Shown here piece after piece: positions 53,301-63,123 of a stretch of DNA of 64,000 nucleotides. The DNA comes from Oikopleura dioica. Lineage: Eukaryota > Animalia > Chordata. Under the pieces are notes generated by a model. The model was not told the origin of the DNA. It saw nothing but the letters and a program-made list of their open reading frames with translations, and did no database searches. Position numbers and translations under genes: made by a program. The stretch is taken from the NCBI GenBank assembly GCA_907165135.1, contig OU015569.1:2790001-2854000 (forward strand), written 5' to 3'. Each line of letters opens with the position of its first letter. The stretch's first letter is position 1.

Positions 53301-54161
53301 TAGATATTGAATACCATTTATGTTTTATAAAAGTTTTTTGCACATTATAAGCTACAATTTATAACACATAAAGTATTGATAATCGAAATTAAATATAATA
53401 ACTAATGCTGAAATAAGCTTTTAAACAAAAATTTCAATCTGATTGCTGATGTTGACTTGACAGGCAAGTGGAATAGCGCTCAGCGCGCAAGGTTCCTAAA
53501 AGGCGCGGTAGACCTATTTTTAATCGCTCCACTTTCAAAATTTTCACTCCACTTTTCGTTTGTGGAGGGCTTTCCACCGCGCATTTGTGGAGCAATCGGG
53601 CGCTCCGCCTTTCGCGCGTGTACACTTGAGCGCCCCGCCACTTCTCCACATTTCAAACACCCCGGATTTTAGACCTAGGTCAGAACAGGCTATTTTGTGA
53701 GTGTAATGGGGCACTTTTCGGACATAGCGGGTTTCGCCCTCTTCTGAGCACAGCCTTACAAAATCACTGTCAAGAGGAGGCACTCTAAGAATTTTTGTTG
53801 GCTTAGGAAGAAAATCTTCAATATCCATGCGGGTGCGTTTCGCAGCATGCTCAACTGCCTCGTTCTCTGAATGCTTTCTTTTAGCGCTAGATTCTGGGGC
53901 GGGTTCGTTGGCTTCGTCAGCAGAAGATTCTTCGAAAGGATTCGTAAACGATTCTTGCTGATTCTCTTCAGCAGGCTCGTCGATTACGAGATCGCCTTCT
54001 CCCTGTGACGCATTCGCTTCTTCTTCTGCCATCGCCTTTTCCATTGCGTCGATTTCCGCAAAGACATCTTCTTCGACGTCAAATTCATCATCTTGTTTGT
54101 TGGGTTGGTTGGCCGCTACCTGTTCGGCGAGCCACGCTTCGTATTCGTCCTGTTCTTCCAT
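50377..54161 (-). CDS. CHTF18: Chromosome transmission fidelity protein 18 (RFC-like AAA+), interrupted by an 849-bp TIR element in a coding exon
   Basis: YRAKKYTELLSDEYINRTIIKWLKKWDPCVF, LMLCGAPGLGKTTLA, EMNASDDR, CLILDEIDG, KRPIICICNDPYVPALRELR, DIRSCINALQF, FNAGYSNAVR. Removing the element plus one TSD gives an in-frame KIACSD-MNLLG. Confidence 0.92.
52830..53678. mobile_element. 849-bp non-autonomous TIR element, copy 1 (8-bp TSD GTCAGAAC; hAT-like target pattern)
   Basis: GTCAGAAC(52822-52829)|CTAGGTCTAAAATGCGGGGTGTTTGAAATGTGGAGAAG ... CTTCTCCACATTTCAAACACCCCGGATTTTAGACCTAG|GTCAGAAC(53679-53686). The 38-bp TIR has 1 mismatch. AT-rich core, no transposase ORF. Confidence 0.95.
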
Positions 54162-54408
54162 TTCGATCTGAATTCATCGAAAATAATAAACGGCTTTTTA
54201 TTATAAATGTTTTGTCAGGAAGAAGATAAAGGCTAGTGAAGATAAATGGCATTTGAACGAAAAATATCTTAGATTTTTGTTGTTTTTACGATTTCAAATA
54301 AATTAAAAAGAGATAAAATAAGAAACGACTTGAAAATTGAAAACAACGATTGCATTCAACTGTCGATAGATGAAAAACTGAGATAAAAAGTAAAGGGCAT
54401 AAAGTCAA

Positions 54409-56462
54409 CTAAAAAGGTTGAAAGGAGGATGTGCCTGGCGAGTCTTTGAAAGCTTCTTGCTTAGGATTAGCCACAATAACAGATTGGCAGCGTTCAAACT
54501 TGGGAGGGTCGACTTGGGGTTCATCGACGTCTTCTTCTTCAGTGATTGTCATTTCTTGTTCAGCAAGGTCGCTGTAGGGCAGAAGTGTTGGCAGATCTTG
54601 ACACATGTGCGCGGCGAAGAGAGCGTTGTTATTCGAGTTTTTCTGTCTATTGGCCGGCTTGGCTCGATATTCTTTGAGAAAATCTTTGAGGGTAAGTTGC
54701 CCCATGGCGACTCTCTTGATGTCCAGGTAGTGCACGAATTGAGTGCATTTGTGCTCGGGGCTTTCGAATTCCACCACTTCGTAGTTGTTGATATCGCGGA
54801 TTTCGGGCGAGTTGACGTTCAGAATGATTTTCTTATCCGTTTTAATTGTCATGTTGTAGGCATCGCGAAGTCTGAGTTTGGAGCGAGCTTCGCACATTCC
54901 ATTTGGCGAGTACTGTCTGCCGCAAGCGAGAATAACTTGTCTGTCTGCATTGAGTCGACGAACACTGGCGCCTCTGATAATTCCGTCAACGTTCAGGTAA
55001 AACTTGGGGTTTTCGCCTGGACATCCCTTGCCGTAGAACACAGCCACTAAATGCGGCTTATTTTTGGTCCCATTTTCGTTGTGTGTCATAACCTAGGTCT
55101 AAAATGCGGGGTGTTTGAAATGTGGAGAAGGGATGGTGGCGCTCAAGTGAACGCGAGCGAAAGGTGTAGGAGAGGCGCGCTCCACTTTCAATTTGTGTAG
55201 TATTTGCGCGCTCTCGCTGCCGGGGGCGCCATGCCTAAAAGGGCGAGGATATGCCCTATTTTGTCGCTGCATAAGTGACTTTTGCACTGGGCGGGAAGCC
55301 TAAAAAGCATTAACGCGCCCTATCCTCTCGGGCCGAGAGTCTCGGCGTGTGATTTTTTGACCTACTGTCGAGAATCAGATGCAAATATCACCGGGTGATT
55401 TACACAAATAAGTTCCCGGAAGCGTTAAGCTTATTTTCAAATTTATCTACAAGATGATTGGGGAGACTCCCCAATATTTCATTATTATACCACTATAAAG
55501 ATTAATTTCTATAGTATTTTTATATAATATTTATTGGATAATTGAAATAAAAAATCAGAATATTAGATATTGAATACCATTTATGTTTTATAAAAGTTTT
55601 TTGCACATTATAAGCTACAATTTATAACACATAAAGTATTGATAATCGAAATTAAATATAATAACTAATGCTGAAATAAGCTTTTAAACAAAAATTTCAA
55701 TCTGATTGCTGATGTTGACTTGACAGGCAAGTGGAATAGCGCTCAGCGCGCAAGGTTCCTAAAAGGCGCGGTAGACCTATTTTTAATCGCTCCACTTTCA
55801 AAATTTTCACTCCACTTTTCGTTGGTGGAGGGCTTTCCGCCGCGCATTTGTGGAGCAATCGGGCGCTCCGCCTTTCGCGCGTGTACACTTGAGCGCCCCG
55901 CCACTTCTCCACATTTCAAACACCCCGGATTTTAGACCTAGGTCATAACTTCATATGGTCCAGTTGCTTCCGCTTCAATTTGAAACTGAGGAGTAGGAGA
56001 AATGCTTAGCTGCTGCTGCTGAGAGTCCTTCAGAATGGGACGTGCTGGAACTGGAAGATTAAGAATAAGAGCCACTTGTTCGTCGGTCAAAACTGGTTTT
56101 TTCTTTTTAAAGATCGGCGTTATTGCATATTCAAGCGCGTTTTCTTTATCGCAACGAATGGGCATAATGTCCTTGATCTCGTCAAGATCTTCGATAGAAT
56201 CTTCCTTTATTTTGCGCTTTGTTCCGCCCAAACTTCGATTTTGACTGAATTGGTTCCTCGGGTTGATGACTTGCAGGTACTGCAAATATTGAGTGGTATT
56301 CTCGACTTTCGCAAGGTGAAAATTAAGGATTTGAAAGTCTTTCGACTCCTGCATCTGCGGAAGCCTGCGCAGCGCATCCATAGCTTCCAGAATAATGGAC
56401 CAGTTCTCGTAATCGTTCTTCAACTGTTGCTCGAACTCGTCTATTATCCCTTGACTGGCCAT
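54409..56462 (-). CDS. Uncharacterised 398-aa protein (possible FLYWCH/WRKY-GCM1-type Zn ribbon), split by element copy 2
   Basis: The 174-aa and 226-aa ORFs fuse in frame (...GPYEVM-THNENG...) when the element plus one TSD is removed (521+676=1197 nt). An acceptor-like ggttcag lies 1 nt before the ATG. Confidence 0.7.
55093..55941. mobile_element. 849-bp non-autonomous TIR element, copy 2 (8-bp TSD GTCATAAC)
   Basis: GTCATAAC(55085-55092)|CTAGGTC...GACCTAG|GTCATAAC(55942-55949). Same length and orientation as copy 1; only two substitutions seen by eye. Confidence 0.95.
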
Positions 56463-56595
56463 TCTGAACCGAACATTGTTAATTTAAAAATTTGGAACTG
56501 AGTTGAGCGTATTGCAGTTTATTTTATCGAGGCTTAGTAGGCGAGTTTAGTTTCATTCTCAATTCAACAAATAGGTACATTTCCCTCAAGTTAAG

Positions 56596-58608
56596 TTATT
56601 CATTCATTTCCTCGTCCGTTTCCCATTCTTCTTCGTTCTCGTCATCCATTTGATCTTCTGCTTCTGGTTCAGGAGGGGGACCAAGATCTTCAAGCATTTG
56701 CCTTACTTCCTCTTGAATTTCTCGGGCTCCTTGCTCACGTTTTTTCACAGCTTCTTCCGCAAGTCTGCGACAATTGTTATTGATTTAATCTCGATGATCT
56801 AGTCTTAGTACGACTGTTTTACCTAAGTGTCTCGTTCGCTTCCTCATAGCAGTCTCTTTTGTAATCGTTTATTTCTTCTTGATTTGTAAAGTTCTTGTCT
56901 TCTACCATCTCTTTCCACCTACGGAAAAGACCATACGCTAGGAAATATCGTGTTTCGCAATCTTCTACTTCTTCCTCAGCTACTTGACGGGCTAAAAATA
57001 GAATTCGAAAGTAAAGCAACTCATAGCGAGGATTTATAACTTACCAATTTGAAGCGCATCGTCCCACATTTCAAGTTCGATGGCGTATCTGCAGGCGTTC
57101 ATTCTCTTCTCGGAGTCGATTCTGTTCTCCTCCGGCACTTCGACTTTTTCATAAATGAAGTCTTCGTATTTCTCATACCAGAGTTTCTTTCCGTCTGAGA
57201 GCATTTTCTTCGCCTCGTCAAATTTAGATGATGATATTAGAAATGAAGTCGCAACGATGAAAGCGCCAGCATTTGTGCTGTCCTCTTGTAGTGACATTTT
57301 CACCGCCGCCTCGCAATTACTCTGTGCATCTTTCTCTAGAGGACTGTTGTTTACAAATTGAAAATCGAGAATTGATTCGTCTTTCTTCAACGACTCTGAG
57401 TGATCTTACCTTGACACAAGTCGGTCATATAAAGCTCTGCGACATTACAATACGCCTCAGAAAGCCGGCGTTTATCATCTGGCGCCTCATTCCTCAGCAA
57501 TTCAACGCCTTTCGTAATGAATTTAAGCGATTCAGCTCCCTAAACTTACTCTATAACAATATTGATAGTCGATGTGGCAAGCCTACCGTGCAAAATTGCG
57601 CAAGTGTTAGGTACTTTTCGAAACCGCTATCTGGAAGAACGGTTATCGAACGTCGTAAGGCCTTCTCGGCCAAGGTCCTTTCCCCGGCTTGGGCCAAAAT
57701 GCCGCCAACTTCGTTCAACAAGCTAGCATCATCAGTAATTCTGATCACTTTCTTACGGGCTCGAACAAGGAAAACAAATCACGTGATCGAAAATTATGAT
57801 TTTCTAGAACACGCGTTTTGCTCAAGCCTTTTTCGGCATTTGCTCATTAGTTCAGAATGCGCGAAAAAAGAGGTAATTTTTTCGATTTTTTCGCTTTTTC
57901 TCTTAATCTTACCGAAAATTGAGATTGTAAGCGCTTCGATTTAGAATGAAGGAGATATGGCGCGGTCAAGAAAACAAGAATGATGGACGAAACCCTCTTG
58001 GCTGCTGCCTGTAAAAACGAACCCCTTCAGCGGCCCCACGCACGGGCTGCAAAATCGAATGTTGTCCCACAAGGGGACAGAAGAAACATTATAGGAGGAG
58101 TCCCTGACGTGGGGACTCTTTGCCTACGACTTGGCTCAAGACATGCTGATGAAGAAACGAAAAGCACGAGTGTATATATACAAAACTATTACAGCGCTGT
58201 TGGTGTATGTATATAGCGTCGACGAATCTTCATTGGCATAATCAAAACGGAACACTTGAATGTCAAGTCCTCTTTTTTAATAAAATTTTGCAAAAAAATA
58301 ATTCTGAAAATGTAACTAAAAAAAGTTTCATTTTCATGTGTTTCTAGTGATATTTATTTCTAAAGCGGTTGCATGAGTGGGTAGTCTACTTTTAGTTAAG
58401 TTGAGAGTTGTCGAGCCCTAGCTTTCTTGCAGATGTCTTTGGCTGCCTTTAGATCGCCATTTTCGACGAGAGCGAGTGCGTTTTCAACCAGTTCTGAAGC
58501 ATTGTTCGAGCTTTGTGAGCTGCTTTCTCCCGATGAAGGGGCTGCGCTCTTCGTTTCAAGAAGTTTTTGCACTTTCTTGCGTTTCTTAACTTGCGATCTT
58601 TTCACCAT
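56596..58608 (-). CDS. TPR protein, Acl4-like (assembly chaperone of Rpl4), multi-exon
   Basis: ELVENALALVENGDLKAAKDICKK..., LLNEVGGILAQAG...ALRRSITVLPDSGFEKYLTLAQ, AYCNVAELYMTDLC (resembles the Acl4-family ELYMTDLC motif, recalled from family knowledge), acidic C-terminal tail. Confidence 0.68.
57756..58421. mobile_element. Putative degenerate TIR element forming most of ACL4-like intron 1
   Basis: Plus strand CTTTCTT(57748-57754)-a-c-GGGCTCGAACAA ... TTGTCGAGCCC-TAG-CTTTCTT(58422-58428): short inverted ends plus a 7-bp direct repeat at the exon junctions. Confidence 0.45.
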
Positions 58609-58751
58609 CTGAACGACAAATTTTGAGAAAAAGAAAAAATATTGAACGGGAGTAGGAGTATTGAATGAAAAGAACAGTGGAAAGGAACAGGCGGAAAATA
58701 ACGAAAGCAATAGTTTTCGAACTAGAACTAACACTGTTTTTTTTAGGTTGT

Positions 58752-60873
58752 CTAGTTCTGGTAATTAGCAAAAACGAGGTCGAATTCATTCTTGATCGAA
58801 GCTTGGTCGTAATCATAGATGAGATCATTGAGACGGTTTTTAGCGAATAAATTCGCCGCGTAAATGTCAGATTCCTTTCTTGTAAAGGCGGCGTGGTCCA
58901 GAAGAAGCGTGGCTTGATACAGCTTCGCCAAAGAAAACGCAAAGTCCCTTGCTGATTTGAGCTGGAACTCCATCGACTCAGTTTCAACGCGCTTGAGGAA
59001 TCGGAGAATATCTTTTACAGCGGTGGCGATTTTATTTCGGGATGGAGAAAGAGCTTCTGAATCTGCGCTGGCAGAGAGCTTCTTCTGGATGTCGCCAAGC
59101 AAGGACTGTAATGAGGTGATTTAGAATGAGAATCTTCGTACGCGAATTTACCTGAAGAGAAGAGCCAGATGACTTCTGAATACTTCTGAGAACATCAAGC
59201 GACATGACGGTAGAAGTGCCCTCCCAAATTGGAAGAACTTGCGCGTCGCGAAACAGTCTCGGCATGGGCGTTTCTTCGATGTATCCCTGGCCGCCGAAGC
59301 ACTCTAAGCCTTCAGAGCAAACCACCATGCCTTGTTTGGCTGTTTGTGCTTTCGCAAGAGGAGTAAGGATTCGCATCAAGTCCTGTTCGGTTTTGGACGC
59401 TTGTCCGTTCTCGCTCTTTCCAAATAGCCGCGAGACTTCGAGTGAAAGGAGTTCTGCTGCTCTTACATCGACCTCCATTCTTGCTAGGGTTGACACATGC
59501 GCTGCGTGATTCGAGAGCGTTTTCTTGAATGCCGTTCGCTTAGTTGCGTAGTCTCGCGCTAGGTGCACCATTCGTCGCATAAACGAGCACGCGGCGACAG
59601 CATTGTGAATTCTTGTTACGGTCAGCATTCCGCTAATGAGCGGGATTCCTCGACCCGGCTCGCCGACGAGATGCGCCTCGCATCCGTCCAGAATCAACTC
59701 TGCTGTGGGCAGTTGCTTTGTCCCAAGTTTTTCTTTCAGCTTGTGGACCTGGATTCCGTTGAGCTTGCCGCCCGCGTCGCGTATTTTCAAGTAAAACATT
59801 GACAGCCCCCGGGATCCTTCCGTTACCTTGTCATTCTTGTCGTCAATTATTCTTATCCGGATTTGAATTATATTGAAAACGGTGACCTTTTAGAAGAATT
59901 AGACTCATCAAATAACCGTTCCTTGCAAGGGTGAGAGTCATGTCCGAAGTGATAGCAGATGTAAACCATTTGTAGCCACTCAATTCATAACACTGCTTAT
60001 CCTCATTCCACCTTGCCTCCGTATGGGTAGCATCACCGACATCAGAACCACCGGCTTTCTCAGTCATCCATTGACCAGAAGTCCAAAATTGCGCCCCATC
60101 GCGAGAAGTCAGATTTTGATACGCTTCTTCTAGGAAATCGTGGTTGCCTCTGCACGTGTTTTGAGTTGGTTAATAAGAATTTGATTGCCAAATAGCAAGT
60201 GTTACCGTTGTGATTTAGAGATCATTGCCGCCCCGTCCGTCATTGCCAAGGGACAATTATAGAGGCCGGAACTAGCGCCGGTGAGCATATTCTTCGCCAT
60301 CTGATGAACTCGCGAAAAAGATCCAGATTCATTTTCATATCCGATTGCGATGAGGCCTTCTTCGGCAGAGACACGGTGCTGCTCGTACCAGGCTGGAGAC
60401 ACGACGATTTCGTCGATACGCTCGCCCCAGCCGTCTGTTCTTTTCAAGCTGCAAAACGATACTGATGCAATTCTATATTTTCGGCTAGTTTCTTACTAAG
60501 GCTGGACTCGTTCGCACTCATCGCCGAGAGCATCGACTTCGTTGACGATTCGCTCTCCACACTTGCTCAAGTCGGAATTCACCCGCTCAAAATGCTCCGG
60601 AGGGCAATGTCTCAAGATGTAGTCCTGAATCAGTTCATTTCCTTCGTATGGATTCGTCAGGACTGGCTTCTGCTGGACGAAGTGGCCCGTTCGCTCGTGA
60701 GCAAAGGACTGCTCTCGAGATGGGATCGAGCTGGCGTTGCTTTTTTGGGCACTAGAATTGGATAATGAGTTACTTTCTAATTACGATGATGAGAACCTGA
60801 CGTTGGCAGAAACCTTGGAGCTTTGACAACGAGCTGCCGCGCGGTTGGCCCTAAATCGCCAACACTTGAGCAT
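58752..60873 (-). CDS. Acyl-CoA dehydrogenase, AidB/ACDH-11-like, multi-exon
   Basis: [104 protein letters not shown]. Confidence 0.9.
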
Positions 60874-61047
60874 CGTGCGCCCCAATCTAAATAGAATTTG
60901 AATGTTACTTTTTGTTTACCACCCAAACGAGAGCGTCTTTTTGTGTAGAAATGAAGAAATGCTTTAATTGCGTTTCGCTCAAGTGACAGATGTCAGCAGT
61001 TTCAAATTTAAATTCGCAGCGCTTCAAAAAGTAATTTCTCTGAATCG

Positions 61048-61620
61048 CTACTGGAAATTCTTTTTGCCGGATTCACTTTCTTTGCTCTTGGTCTTTTTGT
61101 GGCTTCGCTTCGTTGAAAAGTCGAATGGCACTGCTTCCCTGAGAATCAAGAATGACATCGATAAAAAACTGCTCGTATCTGTATTGCTTACCGCTGCTCC
61201 TGCAGATGAGATATTTCCGTTTCTTCTAGTAAATCTAGTGCTTTCGTCGAGTCACAATTTCTGTTGCAAAAACAACTTCATTTCAAATGATAATTCTGAC
61301 TTTCCGTACATCTCATTCAACTTCGACCAGATTTTGTCAGCAGTAACTGGCCTCCCCTTAGCAAAATATCAGCTTACGAAATATTTGACGCAATAGAGCT
61401 CGAATGAATAATTACTGTTCCGATTTTGAGTTTCTCCATAATCGCAATCATTTGGAAATTCTTGGAGAGACCAACGGGTTTGTGTCCCCGCAACGCTTGA
61501 AACAGCGAAACCTCGGTTTCTTTGGATTTAATTATTTCAATGAACGAAAGTTTAACTAATTTAACAGCCATTTAGTGAGTTCATAATTTTTCCTGCCTCC
61601 CATGAGTTAGCCAGCGTCAT
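61048..61620 (-). CDS. MRGBP: MRG-binding protein / Eaf7-like NuA4 subunit, 5 exons with two apparent GA-AG introns
   Basis: W E A E|TEVSLFQALRGHKPVGLSKNFQMIAI...IWSKLNEMY A|LDLLEETE aligns in register with the MRGBP pattern WSPEVEVCLF...GHKPVG...FHMICI...IW..L..MYDMQALHESE (recalled). Confidence 0.8.
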
Positions 61621-63123
61621 TTTCCTCAGCGCCCGTTTATTTTAAGATAGCAAAATAATGAATTAAAATTATTGCTTTACTGAGTGTTTCTTCGTCACCT
61701 TTTGACGAGCAGGGGAAACGCTACTGCGAAAGAGACAGTACTCCCTACTGTCTTGTTAGCTATGCTAGAGATGCCAAAAGAATGCGCCTGCAATATTATT
61801 CCGCGATCACAATAATCCGTTGTGCATGCCAATAATTAAAACTGACGAGGAGTGATCCAATTGACAAATTGAAAGGATTTTCATTCTTTTTACGAATTTC
61901 TTTTTAATAATAGGAAAGAATGTGCAATAGTTGGGCGAAGCGATAGTTTGATGAGAGTCGCCTCAACGCAGTTTTTTTTTTGAGTTTTGAAATGAAAAGC
62001 AAATGGAATTATAGGGTCACAGAATAAGCTACTCTATTTAGTTTTTAATTTAATTTTTGAATTCATTTAACACTTGAATTGCTCGGGAAATCTCACGAGC
62101 GCCTACCAGACAGATGCTCCTATTTTAAGAGAGATTAAAGTTATTGAAAGTGTAAGGCCACGGAGATAGATTTTATAAAGCACTGCCAGCATTGGCATCT
62201 TGCTACGAACCGCAGAAATTTTCGTATTGAAAATATTATTTATATGGCAAAGAATATGATGATCTTAAGATAGACTTTGGAATGCAAGAGCGAGGAATAT
62301 GAAAATTTGTCTAAACGTGGTTTTGATTTGAAAATTGAAATTGAAATAAATTCAGCTAGAAAGACTCGAACGCCCCAATTCTATGTCTCTATCGACGCTC
62401 TTACTGCTACTGTAATAACTCTAGAATTTTTCAAAATACTCAAAGTCGAATTTCATTCGCGAATGTAAATTTAAGACGACCGTAAACTGATCAGCTCAAA
62501 TTTAAAATTAGAAATAAAGAATCTCCTAATTTAGTATTTTTCATTCTTTGTTCGTTTTGAAAGTTGATAGGTAAAAACGTAAAAGAAGAATAATCACAAT
62601 TGTTGGATTAACTCAATTCCAGGTTTTGGGGGTTTCTAGTTTTGTGTAGTTTTTTTTTTGAAAGGTTGAACTTCTTGATTTTGGTGTTTTTCTTTGAGTT
62701 GGGAAGAAACTTTTTACAGAATTTATCGAATATATAAAGTGATGGAAAAGAGCTTGAGAGGGAAATATAGAAGGAATAAGAAAATAAAAGGATAGTCTGA
62801 GGTCATTGAAGCAGGTCATGAAATCATCGAGATTGAAAGGTTCAAAGTTTTAATCGGTCGAAAGTTTCGTTTAAAGCTTGAGTTCGATAGAGATTGAGGG
62901 CGTCAAGTGGTTGAGATAGGAATTTTCACAGAGAAGCAGGATTTGTCTTTTTTAAAGTTGTTTTTTTCGTAAGTAAGGGGAACGGCAGGGCAACTCTTCG
63001 TAGACCTTTCGTTTCGTTAAGTTGGATAGTAGAAATCTGGTAGATTGGATTTAGCTGCGTAGAATTAGTAGTAGTGACGAGCTTTCGTTTCTGAAATTGA
63101 TTGCGAGAAGAAAACCAGGGAAA

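Noticed and set aside
52836-53672. Short ORFs (62-71 aa) inside the 849-bp elements as a transposase or cargo
   Set aside because: They are too short, lack catalytic motifs, and arise from the GC-rich subterminal regions. The element is non-autonomous.
52822-55949. The two 849-bp copies as LTRs or ends of one composite element carrying the 54409 ORF
   Set aside because: Each copy has its own TIR pair and its own distinct 8-bp TSD, and the host ORFs continue in frame across each copy separately.
58752-60873. AidB-like dehydrogenase as bacterial contamination or recent HGT
   Set aside because: It has several spliceosomal introns and a presequence-like N-terminus, it sits in the host gene cluster, and this subfamily is known in animals (e.g. 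nematode acdh-11).
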